DNA of 63,991 nt, filler included, from Ionaspis alba (Eukaryota): assembly GCA_964255285.1 (NCBI GenBank). It is 4 parts of 4 records of this genome, joined end to end, with 100 filler letters (N's around TTAATTAATTAA, not from the genome) between each part and the next. Parts side by side here need not be neighbours in the genome. Positions count along the whole stretch, not along the records: positions 1 to 17,192 come from CAXUUL010000326.1; 3 more parts are not named here. The stretch is one strand, 5' to 3'. Position numbers and translations under genes: made by a program. Positions 1 through 12,900 of this stretch are shown piece by piece. The notes under the pieces are model-generated. The model saw only the letters and a list, made by a program, of their open reading frames with translations, was not told where the DNA came from and made no database searches. How positions within the stretch are numbered: position 1 is the stretch's first letter; every line of letters begins with the position of its first letter.

Positions 1-1
1 A

Positions 2-247
2 GCGCTGAAGCCATTCTTCGACAACTATCTCTCAGACGGGACTGCTCCACGTTCCGAGGGTATCAGGAGCTACGTGAGGGAGCTTAGGGGCACCACCGTC
101 AGTAACAGCCGCGAAATCAGGACTGCGGACGAGGAGCAGATGGCTTTTAGTTTCGGCAGCAAGAAGACAAATGGTGTCATGGCTGACTTCGGCGACGCGA
201 GCAAAGAATTGGGGATTACGATCAAGGTCGTCGAGGCCGCAAATTGA
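2..247 (+). CDS. 3' end of an unidentified protein-coding gene (partial, runs off the window start)
   Basis: Frame +2 is open from base 2 to TGA at 245-247 (ALKPFFDNYLSDG...KELGITIKVVEAAN*) with protein-like composition. No family recognised. Confidence 0.5.
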   Translation, partial: ALKPFFDNYLSDGTAPRSEGIRSYVRELRGTTVSNSREIRTADEEQMAFSFGSKKTNGVMADFGDASKELGITIKVVEAAN

Positions 248-1349
248 CTCGGCTCATTGATACTTGGGGGGAAACTGCTTATGATATGATGTGACGATAA
301 CTGGACGACGATTGTATGAACTTACTGCTTCGAGAGAACAAAATTTCAACGGAGGGGTCGGTGCTGCTAATTGAAGGCGTTGTTGTGGAAGGATGATCTT
401 AACAAGGTGCAAACAGCGACGCTATATCTTCTTTGAAGCTCTAAAAATTCTGCTGGCTTGGAATTGCGCTCGAGTCACGCAACATGTACTACGCCGAAAA
501 TGGCATCAATCTTCTCGTTTTCAGTCGAAATGGCGAAATTGTATAGGGGCACAAGGACAGGAATTCGTGTCCTGGAAGTATGCTGATAACGCTCGGCAAC
601 GAGCTCTATCCATCCGCGTTGGTGTATCAGGAGACGCCGGGGCTAAGGCCAAGAGTGAGTGGACCTTTACCGCACCCGTTTTATTCCAACGGCATTCTGC
701 CACTATAAAGCCGACGTTGAGGGAACGAAGTGCGTGTGCTACAATTATTATCGCCATGGTCGTTCTTGAAGTGCTAAGAAGTCTATCGGCTTGCCCTTAT
801 TCTCCGCCGTAAATAGGACGGTTCATTTCGGGCAAAAATGTACCTTTCAGCTTCTAGGAAGCTCTCAGCTCTCCTGCCTAAGAGTCTGCCTAGGTGGCCA
901 AAGATATGCTGTGTTGAGAGACCTTATTCCTTCACAAGAGTTGTCCTGACGAACTGCCCATGCGCACAATCAAACAATGGGGGCACAATTATCTTCCGTA
1001 ACGATTAGAGTCCTACTCTCCCAAACGAAGCATTGATTCCGGCTCAGACCGTGGGTAAACAGTACATACAATTTTACATGCCTACTGTGTCAGCAAGAAT
1101 ATGTCCACATGTGACCTGACTTTTTGGTCAACACGTTGATTACTCCAATAGTGGCGATATGTATGCTTCCTTGGTTGTGACTCGCATTCCTGTCAGTCAC
1201 CACGATCCGAACATTCCCTGACAAAAGAGTTTTTCACACTGCATTGAGTTCTATAACATCGCCAACAACTTCAGCAATTTGAAACAACATGAAAGCATCT
1301 CAAGACCACTGTTAACCTTCCCTTTTCTTCGCCCATGATACATCGTTCC

Positions 1350-2077
1350 TTACATCACAACCATTCCCACAGCACCGGCAGCAACAGCAGCTCCAATGAC
1401 TGCCTCTGCGCCACCCGTGACCATCGCTGCTGCACCAGTTTTCGAGGCGATTGCCGGCATTATAGTAGTGGAGGCTGACTGAAATACCGATGACGAACCA
1501 GCATTGCTCGTGCTCGAGGCAGCGGACCTGGCCGAAGCACCTGAAGTGGCGGTGGCCTTGGTGGAAGCAGAACCCGTGGAAGTAGGGGTGACAGACCCCG
1601 AGCCCCCAGTGGCAGCAGGCATAGGCATGGTGATGTCTTGGTTGAGAATACTGGAAAGCTCGGTAGCGAGACTGATCTCATAGGCAAAAGCGGCCGAATC
1701 AGTTTGGCCCTTTGGGACACCGGAGAGGTACACCGAGACGAATTGGGCCGGATTGCTCAGAAATAACGATTCCGCTGCGGAGTAAACAGACGGGTCCTGG
1801 TGGCCGAGAGATGCGAGTTGGCTAACCACTGGTGCGACATCTTGCTGCGCTACGAAAGACGAAAGATATGCAACGATGTCTCCAGACGCTATGCTGGCCT
1901 GGTAGGAACAGTCAGCTGGCACTCGAGAGATTTTGCAGGCGGAAGTTGCACCTGTGCTGGATCCGCACTCGTCAGTGTTGCAAAGCGGTTGAGCGCCGCC
2001 AGGCCTTCTGCTTGGCCATTAACGATGTTGCTGAAACTGGCGATGAGGGCAAAGGCGCGGATGATCGTGGAATACAT
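1350..2077 (-). CDS. Secreted, probably GPI-anchored Ser/Thr/Ala-rich cell-wall protein (about 224 aa, 2 exons)
   Basis: Signal peptide MYSTIIRAFALIASFSNIVNG. Intron 1951-1899 (GTGCAA...GCTGAC...CAG) joins the two listed ORFs in frame. S/T-rich stalk and hydrophobic C-terminus (TGAAAMVTGGAEAVIGAAVAAGAVGMVVM) typical of a GPI signal. Confidence 0.8.
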
Positions 2078-3229
2078 TTTGGTAAGTCTTTTAGTCTAAA
2101 CTGTTGCAACTCTGTTCAGGAGGTACACCTCTGATAATTATCAGGGATTAGGGAATTTGGAACAAGATCTATAAATATTTTGATGGAGTGAATGGGCATG
2201 TTTGGCTAAGGACGAGAAGATGATGGTTGATGGCGTCCTGGTCTTTATATCCACCCGTTCCAGCAATGTCTATCTCTCGTCCGCTCATAATGGTTTTAGC
2301 TTAGTATCTCATCCCATGATCCTGTATGGCGTGGGCGTTGTGGAAACCGCGAAACTCGCATTGAGGTGTTGTATAAGCAGAGACTCAGAATTCCGATTGG
2401 TATATGGAGATGGAACAGACGCCGCATGTGATGCCTCAGTGCGGCAGAGGCGCAAGGCTATTTGGTTCGGATAGATCAATAATACTCGAACGTAAAAAAG
2501 CTTCACCATCTTAAGCGCCTGAAAAGCTCAGCTTCATTAGACCGGGTAATCAAATCTCGTCGCTATATATTTGAAAATCCCTGATACAAGGCACGAAGGG
2601 CGGGCGAGTTGTGGCACGAGTTGATTTGATTTGGTGTAGCAGTAGGAAGCTGGCCGGCAAGGCAAGATGTATGCGACCAACTTCGTTACAGAGACAATCA
2701 TCTTGTGCAGGATCACGGCAATATCACGTTGCTTTGCGACTGAACCATGCCTGGATTCCGTCGGACGTCCTTGATAAGTAGGGCTGTGTAGTTTTCCAGG
2801 GAGCGCTTATGGCTGGGGCGTAGATGCCTCGATTTCTTGCTTATTGTAGGCTAATCTTGGAGAATTGTGACATATCATATTGATATGACCTAGGAGATAG
2901 ATTGTCATGAATGCTGCCTGCAGCTGTTATGTGGTCCTCATGCAAATGGATGAAGCCACGGTTGAAACCATATCAATTCCGTCCTGCCCAATGCGAAGAT
3001 ATGTATATGCACAGAAAACATGCGGATGCCGAAGCACAAAGGGGTATCATAAGTTTTGCATCCAGACGTGGGTCATCTCGACCCAGAAAATCACTTCTCC
3101 CACCTCGCGTTTGTTTGCTCTCTTGTATCGTTCGGGAGCTTACGGTCACGTCAAGGGTAAATAGTCCTTCTCTTGTATATACAGTCACCTTGTAAACTGG
3201 GAAACACGACGTGGATTCTTGTAGTGACT

Positions 3230-4590
3230 CTAGTATGGATCCCATTCCAGTCGGCGCTCGAGTACGTAGCTTTCGACTGCAAGGCCTCGCCAGCTTTTCT
3301 CCCCATCTTTCTCAACCCAAGGGTTCGGGTTAAAACTGACCTCGGCCCACCCTCGGATCAAACTCCTCCAGTAACAGACCTCTGCAGCCGGTGTGAGATA
3401 ACGTTCTCGGAATGTTTCGACGTTGTTCTTAGCGATCAGTCTTGCCTTGTTATCGTCCTGTTGCAGTGCTAGCATAGTGGATTCGAGATTACTGAAATCT
3501 CGGTTGACCTTCACGTAATTCTGGTCAGGGCCGGAGGCACGCATCAGCGGCGTATAATGCTGAATCCAGTCCATCTTGTGCGCGACGATAACGCTTCGAC
3601 AATTCTGTAGGTATTTCAAACGGCCCGAGTACGAATTACCCTCGGTATGGGCTAGATATTTGTACTGACAGTGTTGGTCCATTGATTTCAGATCCATGCT
3701 CATGCTCTCTTTGTTGTGCCATTCTATGGCCTTGACGTCCGCCCAAGGTTTGTCCTTTGTGATACTGATGAATTTTTCGCGAACCTGAAGATTCATAACC
3801 GCTCCCCTCCACAGTAGTTTGTCCTCCTTCGAGTCCCAAGACCATGGCTTTCTGGTGGGATTGTCCGCAGTATCTTCCATCGCGATAGCTTTGCGCTGCA
3901 CTTCGCCATAACTTCCCACTTTCGTCTCTGGCCAACTCCAGAATCCGAAGTCGGGCATAAGCCAGGTCATCTCATCGGCGGGCTCCCGAGCAAAGGACCA
4001 GATGGGTAATGGAGGAAGCTTATCATCTGTACTGATAACAAACTCGACATTTGGTAAAGGCTCCGGGGACGTGACAACAGCGCGGTGTATGGCGTGTAGA
4101 ACGGCGAGGCCGCGAGAATAGATGCCGCCCTGCGTGGCAATGACGTAAAGCTGTAGAGGTGATTAGCAGCTAAGGGAATTGGACTAGAGCTCAAGACATG
4201 TACCTCTTGGTCATATAGCATTGCTCTTATATTCCCATTCCGTAGCTCGATCGAATCCAGCTCCCTGAGCGTAACATGCTTCTTCCTCCGCGATTCCACC
4301 ATTCGATTCACCTCGTAAAACAATCCTGGAAACGTCCTCTCGCATTCTTGCGCGTTGAAGAGCAAGCGTTTGGCATCGCGCCGATAATCCCAATCCAGCG
4401 AAGCATTACCTTTCCAGACAAAGGACTGTTCCCGACCATCGTATGGGCTCTGCAGTTCGTAAGGATTCAACCGACGCAAAAGCGTTATGCAGATAATGAG
4501 GCTGACAACGATGACCACCAAGATAGGTCGTCGGCGGCCTTGGGTGCACAGATTGAGGAACGAGTCGAGCATTGATTGCTGGGGAAACAT
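3230..4590 (-). CDS. Glycosyltransferase family 90 (CAP10/KDELC/Rumi-like, DUF821), type II membrane protein
   Basis: N-terminal TM (ILVVIVVSLIICITLL). Intron 4203-4151. Motifs MPDFGFWSWPE, KLLWRGA and HCQYKYLAHTEGNSYSGRLKYLQNCRSV. Confidence 0.88.
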
Positions 4591-5056
4591 GACCTTAAAG
4601 TCATTACATTAAAAGTTACGGAGAGCCTCGTTAGGTTGGATAAGCGACATGACTTTCGACAGTTGGAAACCTGCGCCACTCTCCTCCTAGCCTTTTGGGG
4701 CTAGATAGCCGTTTCAATCGAAATAACGACTGTCACTAATCGTGACCTTTACAAGTGGTGGCAACGGCTCAAACCTGAGTCTTGTAGTACACTTGGGAGA
4801 TAACGACGACGAACAGAGCACTTGTCCACTTTGACCAGAACAGCCTAGCTATTTCAACTTGTGCGATTTCCTTTGGCCCAACAAGGGGAGTCTCCCTGTC
4901 TTTAGGGTACAGTGATCCCGCGATAACCAGATGAAATCTATCCATGATCTTTACACTTGATTCTCTCTCAGACAACCGATAAATTGCGGCAACAGCACCT
5001 TGTGAACATATGACGTCTAAACCAGCGTACGATCAAGTCCCATCCCACAATTTCAT

Positions 5057-8000
5057 CTACCAATCATCATCATCCTCCCTCTTTCCCTGCATACTTGCTT
5101 GTCTAGCTCTCAACGCCTCAGCTAATCCGCCTGCAAGACTCGGCGCTGCTTTCCCGCTGTCGGGCGTCGCCCTGCCACTGCCACTGCCGTTCATGCTCAT
5201 ACTGACGGCGCTGTCCCTTGCCGTTGGCGGAGGTAGAGGCTTTTTACTAGCTGGCCGCTTGGTTGGCGGGACTGGAGGTGTTGGCTTTGCTTTCGGGACA
5301 GGGCGAGCGGTACCATTGGACACCGGCGGAGGATCTGGTGGTTCGTGACGGACTATCGTGGGGGGTGGCGGAGGTGGAGGGGCTCGCGCGACTTCTTCTT
5401 TGAGGTAGGCGGTTGGTGCCCAGCCTTGTGCTGAGCCGTCGAGCTTCTTTGCAAGACACCAGCCTAAAGGATGGTTAGTCCACATGATTCGAGAAGGGAA
5501 CTTTTCTTGGATATGAAATGGTTACCATTGTCCTCCTTTTGAATGACTTCGATAAGTTCGTCCTTTGTGATCGAGAGCTCATTTCCTGCCTGACCTCCGA
5601 AATCGTAGAGGACTCTCCAAAGATCTTTTCTAGCTGTTGGAGGGCCCGGCGGTGGCGGAGGCGGTGGAGCCCGGCCAGTGGATGATACAGACTCTGATTT
5701 ACCATGGCCGATGCCGTTCATAGTAGCAAGCGGCTGGGGAACAGGTCGATTTTGTCCTGTGCTAGGTGGTGGTAGAGGCTGGATATGTGAGGTAGATAGC
5801 AGAGACTTCGGCTGGGCATGAGACTGAATTTGTTCTCGACGAGGAGTTTGTTGAGGCACAGGATGCCGGGCAACTGGTCTTGAAGCAAGTTGCGAAGGTC
5901 CGCTTTTAGGACCACCAGGCCGCAGAAGCTTTCCGTTAGTGATGGGCTTTCCAGGTATTTGCTTCGCCCTCGGTGTTGGTCTCGACCTCGAACTAGGAGG
6001 CTCCCCTTGTCCTGTGTGAATGGTCCCGCTTTTGTAGAGGTCATCTCTCGGCACTGCATTATCTTTGACGACTTTGATAACAGCAGGCTTTCCAGGTTTT
6101 TTGTTGTATTCAATCCTTTTCCAGTCAGTAAGCGCAAGAAAGGCGAGAATGGAATCGAGAACTCACGAGTCTGCGATCTTCAGATTCAAACCCGGCATTG
6201 CAATCCTGAGCTGCGTGAAGAACTCAGTCTTCAGCACGCAGTTGAGTAGAGGATCCGCTTCCTGAGGGGAGCTAACGCCCAAAGAAAACCAATCGTCTTT
6301 CAAAGTTGATGTTCCAACATATTTGATAGCACCTAAAGGGATTGTCCTCTCCGACGATATTTGTAACTGTCGGTTCACCAACGCTTGAACGATGATATAT
6401 ATGTTCTTGTTGGTCTGGATATGATAAGCACAACCATTTTGTACATATTGAAGGACGGATCACTTACCAGTACTAGTATTCGGGGCCCGGGTTTGCTGGA
6501 TCTTCCAAACTTCGTGACAAGAAGCTCACATCTGCAAGAGAACAGGACTCTTTCATGACCTCGAATTGCTGTTAGCGCTGTGCGTTTGGCTTACAGTAAA
6601 TGGACGACTATACCACTGAGGTTAATCGAACTCCTGATCAGCTCCCCTGATCCCCCATGATTGCCAACACCAAGATAGTCCCCGAGAAATCTCCTTGATC
6701 CAACCAAGCTAAATCTTCTCCGCTCTTTTCTATTCTGCAGAACCTCATGACCGTAGTCACGAAGTTTGATGTATTCAAGACCGCCATTGACCCTACGCCA
6801 GAACCTTTGTATCCGAGTAGCGCACTCAATGCGATATCGAAGGTAATTCCGCCACGCCCGTTGTATTCGTATCGCCATATTATGCCAATACCTATCTCGC
6901 ATTGCTTCCAAGGCAAAAAGAGTCTCTGGAGTCTTGATGAAAGCCTTGGTAACGCCCATTTGATACTCTTCTATCGGTATGCTGGTGTCCTTCAGAATCT
7001 GTTTAGTCCCCGAGAGAGAATCGCCAGTCCACGTATAATCGCCTGCATAGGACGTCTTGGGTGACAATAGATAGAACCGCTCGACGAACTTGTCGAAAGT
7101 TTGTCGATAAGCAAAACCGGCTCTCCGAATGCGAACGTTTTCTTGCAGGCCAAGATATTTGATTTGATGCATGACATTGCCACTGTTGTATTCGGATGGA
7201 GATTTGTTGTCGTTGGGTTTGATCGTTCGGATATATGATGGCGAAGCTTTCATCAGCGTCGAGACAAGATCGTTTGCGGAGGCTTTGATCTTGTCTCCGG
7301 CTGTTGGAGGCCTGCGCTTGTCGTCTTGATTGACCTCGTGCGGAAAAATAGCATGGACAAAACTATTCGAACTCTCCCCAACTAAGTTGAGGAGATCTTT
7401 GAGAAGCTGATCCTTATTCTTGTCCGTCATGCCTTCAATTGCATAACTGACATCTCCTGCATAATGCTTGATTATGAATTGACCCTGGCGGGGTTGGAAA
7501 TGCGGGTTCGATGAGAGAGCGTTTAGTCGTTGGACGAACGTCTGGTCCGCAGCTCCAGAGTCTGCGTGAGCTGTTGCACACGCATCGTTGAGGGCAGCAA
7601 ACACGCCAGGTGGCTTTCGCTCTTCAATGAGCTCGCAAACAATCTTGTTGTCGAAGTAATTGATTGGGGTCCACTTGATTTGTTCCCGGGCATACTCTTC
7701 TTGTTCGGTCTTCAATGTTAGCTGGATGAATATCTGTTGGAGCTTCTCGTTCACATAGTTGATGCATAGTTGCTCGAAGCTGTTCTTGTCAAATATCTCG
7801 AAGCCATAGATATCGAGGATGCCCACGGAGTTGGCGATAGTTCCACGAGCTTTCAGAGAAGCATTCACACGGCCCACAATCCAGTCAAAGAGATTGAAAT
7901 AGATGGCTTTGGCTAAAGCATCTCTCACTGCAGTGGCTTGGGTAATGTTCAATGGAACTTCGTAGACAGATCCTCTTCGGCCGCCTCGACTCGTCTCTAC

Positions 8001-9290
8001 CACTCTTACCGTGAGTGCTTTGTTGACATGTGCAGAGTCAACCTCAAGCAGGTATGCAACGAAATCAACCACAGACTGGTCACTGATTGCTGCATTGCCA
8101 CTTTCGTCTTCGACAAAGCTAACGTTTCCAATCCAGAGAATGGCCGCCAGCATGCGAAAGATGTCATCTTGCTCATTTTGTGCAAGACCTATTACTTTCA
8201 TAGCATGAAGAGTGTCCTTGAAGTCGCCTGCGTCGTCGATGCCGGGGACGTCGAAACATTTCGATCGACTGGTATAGACATACGACTGCGGCTGTTGTAT
8301 GCCGAAAATCTCTGAACTCCACCATTAGTAGCTGTGGGATCATCTGTCGGATTTCTCCTCCCACCTCTATGATTCTGCGATGCAGCTTTAGCGAACTGGT
8401 AGAAAATGTGGAAGTTCCGCTCATTCGTGATCTGTCCCACCACCCGCGATTTCTCCAAAAGATAGTTGGTTATGTTAGCACCAACAGGCTCTCCGTGAGC
8501 ATTGAATTGTAGTTCCAAGTATTTCCCAAATCTTGACGAATTGTTGTTCCGCAACGTCTTGGCATTACCGAAGGACTCGAGTAAGGGATTCGTGGCTAGC
8601 ACCATATCCTTGGTCTCCTGAATCGACGAGTTCCCCCCGCCTGAAACATTGGCAATATACTGCATTATTCTCTTGGCCGCCTCGGTTTTACCAGCCCCAG
8701 ACTCCCCGGAGATAATGACACATTGGTTATCTTTATATGCTTTCATATTATAGTATGCGGACTCGGCGACTGCGAAGACATGAGGCGGCATCTCAAGTCG
8801 ATTCTTGCCTCGATAGGAATTGAGCACTTGCTCAGTGTAGATGCCCACTGTTAGGCGTCAGCATTGTGCCAATCCGTAGAATTTATGGCCATAACAAACG
8901 CACAGTCCCGAAATGGGTTTACGGAAACCAGCACATGACCGATGTACGTCTGTCTCGAACTGTCAGTACAGTCTTCCCCTCATCCCGTAACGAGCACAGC
9001 GGTTTTGCCGTACATAGATTTCCGCGTTCTCGAAACGCTTCTTCAGATTGTCATTGATAGCTTCGTTTGATATCTTGCTGATAAGTGTAAGATCCGAGAC
9101 TCCAACCTCCTTTTTCTTCGTGCTTTCGAATACGGCCTTCCTAACTTGGGGCTTCCCTCCTCTCCCGGAATCATTTGTCCCCCCCGCATCTTTCTTCCGC
9201 CCAGCGCGCTTGGTGACTGCCTATGAATACGACATGTAAGTAGTCATCCACTGAATCTCGGCATAACGGAGAACAATAGTGGCCTACCAT
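5057..9290 (-). CDS. myoA: Class I myosin (motor, IQ, TH1, SH3, acidic tail)
   Basis: P-loop [27 protein letters not shown]-site [11 protein letters not shown] motifs, SH3 ([12 protein letters not shown]...GWAPTAY), C-terminal DDDDW. ATG at 9290-9288 is followed by intron 9287-9221; several further GT-AG introns. Confidence 0.97.
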
Positions 9291-9975
9291 TTAAAACTAT
9301 TCCACAGAACTCGGGATTTATTGCACTGAGAAGGGAGTTGGCAGAAAGAGATGCTTGGTGTCGTGTTGCATCCCGAGGCGTGAGCGGTAGTATGGAGTTC
9401 TCTACTGTTCCTGCGGTTCCTGCGAATAGTTTCAAGCAATTTGCGCCAAAGGAGAAGAGAAGATCAAATTCATGACGTTCCAGTGAGCGTGGAATCGTGA
9501 AGATGCCTGGCTGAGACGCTTGGACTGTCGTTAGGCGAATGCTGCGCCACAAGTGCCACTATCGCTCCAGGGTCTGCCACGCAAGCATGACACTAAAACT
9601 CACACTAATCAAGGCAGATGAGTACGCAGTATCAAGCTGGCGTAGATGCCGATGTTCACGTTATTTTATCATGCGTATTTCGTTCAAGGGTCGTGTGTTA
9701 CAGTTGCGTGTCTGGTTTACAGGTTCGAAATCATGATGTAAGTCCTTGAATAGTGAATTCTCAAATCATAGCCTCGAGATCTGGGAGCTTGATTATATTT
9801 GCGGGATTACCGTACAGTTATGCTAATCTCAGTCCGCTGTGATGAGTACACTTATATCCTGATAATAGAATGAAAACCTGGAACCAAGCTCCTCAGATCT
9901 ATAAGTGTGCTCTTCCTGACTCCAAACACCACATTCTTCATAGCGGAATACAATCACTCAAGCCTATTTTCGTAA

Positions 9976-12900
9976 TCACAAATTGGTCCTGGCCTCGTCC
10001 GCTACGGAACCATTGTTCCACGTAACGGGGCTTTCGACCTTCGTAACAGCATCTCCAACCAATTGCTTGAAATTCAAGCTGATCTCTTCCACTTGAGCCG
10101 GATTCATATGATCCATCCAGCTTGGATGAGTCACAAACTTGTCCTCAAACTTTTGCTTTCTTTCTTTTCTTAATTGTTCCGCACCCCTGAGGCCACGCCT
10201 TCGTACCTTCTCGTCATGGACCCACCAGTCGCTAGTACCTGCATCGTATAGGAGATGGTAATTGTTCGCACAGATCCGCACGATCAGACCGTCCTCGTTC
10301 CACTGCGGAAGATAGGTCTGACTATACTGCTCCTCAGTCAAAAGGTCCTTCGGCATGTTACGGCGTAGGAACGGCCAGCGAATTGCATGGGTGACACCTT
10401 CAGTCCACTCTCGCATCACGTATGATGAGATGTAGTATGACCATCGCGATTCCGCCGACATTTCATCGGTGTCGAAGGTCTTGTCATCCTTCTTGAAAAT
10501 TTGAAAGCCCAAATTTTGAGTCGATTGGTTCTGAGGAATGTCAGCGTCCGATCACTTGGGCAACTTGGAGGGGACTCACGTATACAAGTCGATAGATATC
10601 CCCATCTTTGGCAATTCTCTCGACCTGCTTTCGATAGTCGATCTCTGTCTGGTGGGTTGTCTCCACATCCCTACGGTTCTTGTAAAAGAGATTGATGATG
10701 TCTCCGCTCTTATCTTTTGCGTCATTGGCAAGAATCGATTGAGCAAACCGGATGATCGCTGCCAACATCTTATCAAAGTTGTACAGTTGCCACCCGTGAA
10801 CCATGTAGAAACGTCTGAGGGTGTCTTCGAGGTGAGTCATATCATCGTCACCACGACTGATGTCTTCGCACATCTTCACAATCTGCTGGTAATAGTTCGC
10901 AGAGTGGCTAGTGTCAGTGAAGAAATCAGACGGGCTCTTGTCCGCGATTTTGAGATCAGTGGCTGCTTTCGGAGCCTTGGCTCGCTGGATATCCGCATGT
11001 ACGTTTTGCTCGTACTCTTTGATATGGCTGAGTCGTTCATAAAGCGTGCGAAACATTCGCATAAAACAATAGATGTTCGTATTTGCATATAGACTGAAGT
11101 TGTCGCGAGTATAAGGCTCATTTGCTTTCAGGCTCTGCCGGTGTCGCGTATTACCATCCGCTGGATGCTCCATCCAACGATGCTCCATAGTATCGACTCG
11201 TGACTGTTGTTCCGAAGGTGTATCGGTTGGGGTAGACTCATCATCAACGGACATGAAGTCTGGCGTAGACTCTTTGCTTTCAAGAGCCGAACTGTTTTCT
11301 TTTTCTCTTCGGCCCTGTTTTCCGTGCTGACCTCGTTCGAGTACACCTCTTAGTAGGTTTCCTTTCTTCCCGTTGACAGCACGGCGTCCTCTCTGACCAG
11401 GAGATTCCTCGCTGACTGGTGTCTCGTCTTCAATCTCTTCGTTTGGTGGAGTATCATCGTGGACATCACTCATCTTTTGCTGAAAAAGATCTCGATCAAT
11501 TCCGAAGAAGGTTGGAATGAAGGTCTTGAGGAAACCATCAACTCTTGCTTGGTCACCGTGAGTGCTTGCGTGGGTATGGTGCAGGTATGTCAGAAGGATA
11601 TGACACGCGTCGTAGATGACTTCGACGTCATCAAACGAATATTCGAACTGAAAAGTTGTGCCTGAGGCGAGCCTATTGACCCTGGAGACCCTCTGTTCTT
11701 CATACTTTACCTGTATTTCATCTCGAAGAGCCTTTGGTTGAAACTGCCTTTTGTTCTCGGATTTCACATATAGCCCCTGATGATCAAGACTCCTCCAAAA
11801 CTGTTTGTAGGTTTGCTCCCTCCATACCTTTTCCCATTCACGCTAGAAAGCATTAGCTCATGGCATTCAGCAAAAATCAGCTCAGGCGCCTTACTTGACT
11901 CGCCTTCCACTCTTGAACCTTCTGTCTCAGCCGGGCAAATATGATAGGGCAGACCACGGTCGGCCGCATATACATGTCAGTGACAATTTGAGCCCCCCGT
12001 GGACGATCATAGATCTTCTTGATGACACGCGAATAGATTGCGTCACTTTGCCCGCCAAGTCCGGGCGGGAGAGTATAATGGATTCGCTCCTCCTCCGTCA
12101 TGACATCGATCTGCTTTACGATAGGGTCGAGCAACTGAATCGTTCTCTGGCAAGTCTCAATGTTGAAGTCGTAGTCGTGGCGCTCCTCTTCGATGCGATG
12201 TAGAGCTTCCTCGAACGTGTTTTTCCGATGGGCAATGAAGCCAGAGTCCTCGGATGCCCAAGTGGGATGAGATGCCCATTCGTCATTCAAGACCTGTTTG
12301 CACATCTCGTCGTTCTCCCGTCCAGTACACTTCTTCAGCCTCTCTCGTTTCGGCAAGAGACGATAGCTCGGACCTAAGGCGCGGCAGTTGCTGAGGCTCA
12401 CCTTGGTGTCACTTTGGACTGGTTTGTTCTCGATCAGTTCATCTGCGCCGTTGTAGAGGACAAACTTCTTGAAGAAACCCATGAGATCATGACTATGACC
12501 GATGAATTGGTCGGCCTTGTGGACAAGGGTATTCTTGTCGATCAGGTCCTGAGAGAACAGGTTGCAAAGTTTGAGAAACTCATTGAATGTCGATTTGTTG
12601 GCAAGGAATTTCTTGACCCGGTCAAAGAAAGCTATCTCTTCTGACGCGTTCAATGAGCTGGCGGAGGGGGGAATGGGATGCGGAAGTTCCGGAATAAGAC
12701 TTGGAGATCTGGGTGGAGGGTCGCTGGCAGTTGGTTTGGTTGTGGCAACGCGTGCACGCTATGAAAAGTTAGTATTCAGCACTCTTGAGCAACACTAAAC
12801 AGGCAAGACCAGCCCTCAGCATCCATAAGACAAGGGAAAATGAGCTGCTGGCATGCTGCTGGGAGCGGAATGAATGGCCCTGTGGCTTTCCACAGATATT

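Noticed and set aside
393..812. 139-aa ORF and similar 100-150-aa ORFs at 39902, 42641 and 43897
   Set aside because: No recognisable motifs, atypical composition, and lengths expected by chance at about 50% GC.
10538..11092. Long antisense ORFs over SIN3, KEL3, RecQ, NEW1 and the decarboxylase
   Set aside because: These are shadow ORFs caused by codon bias of the real genes on the opposite strand.
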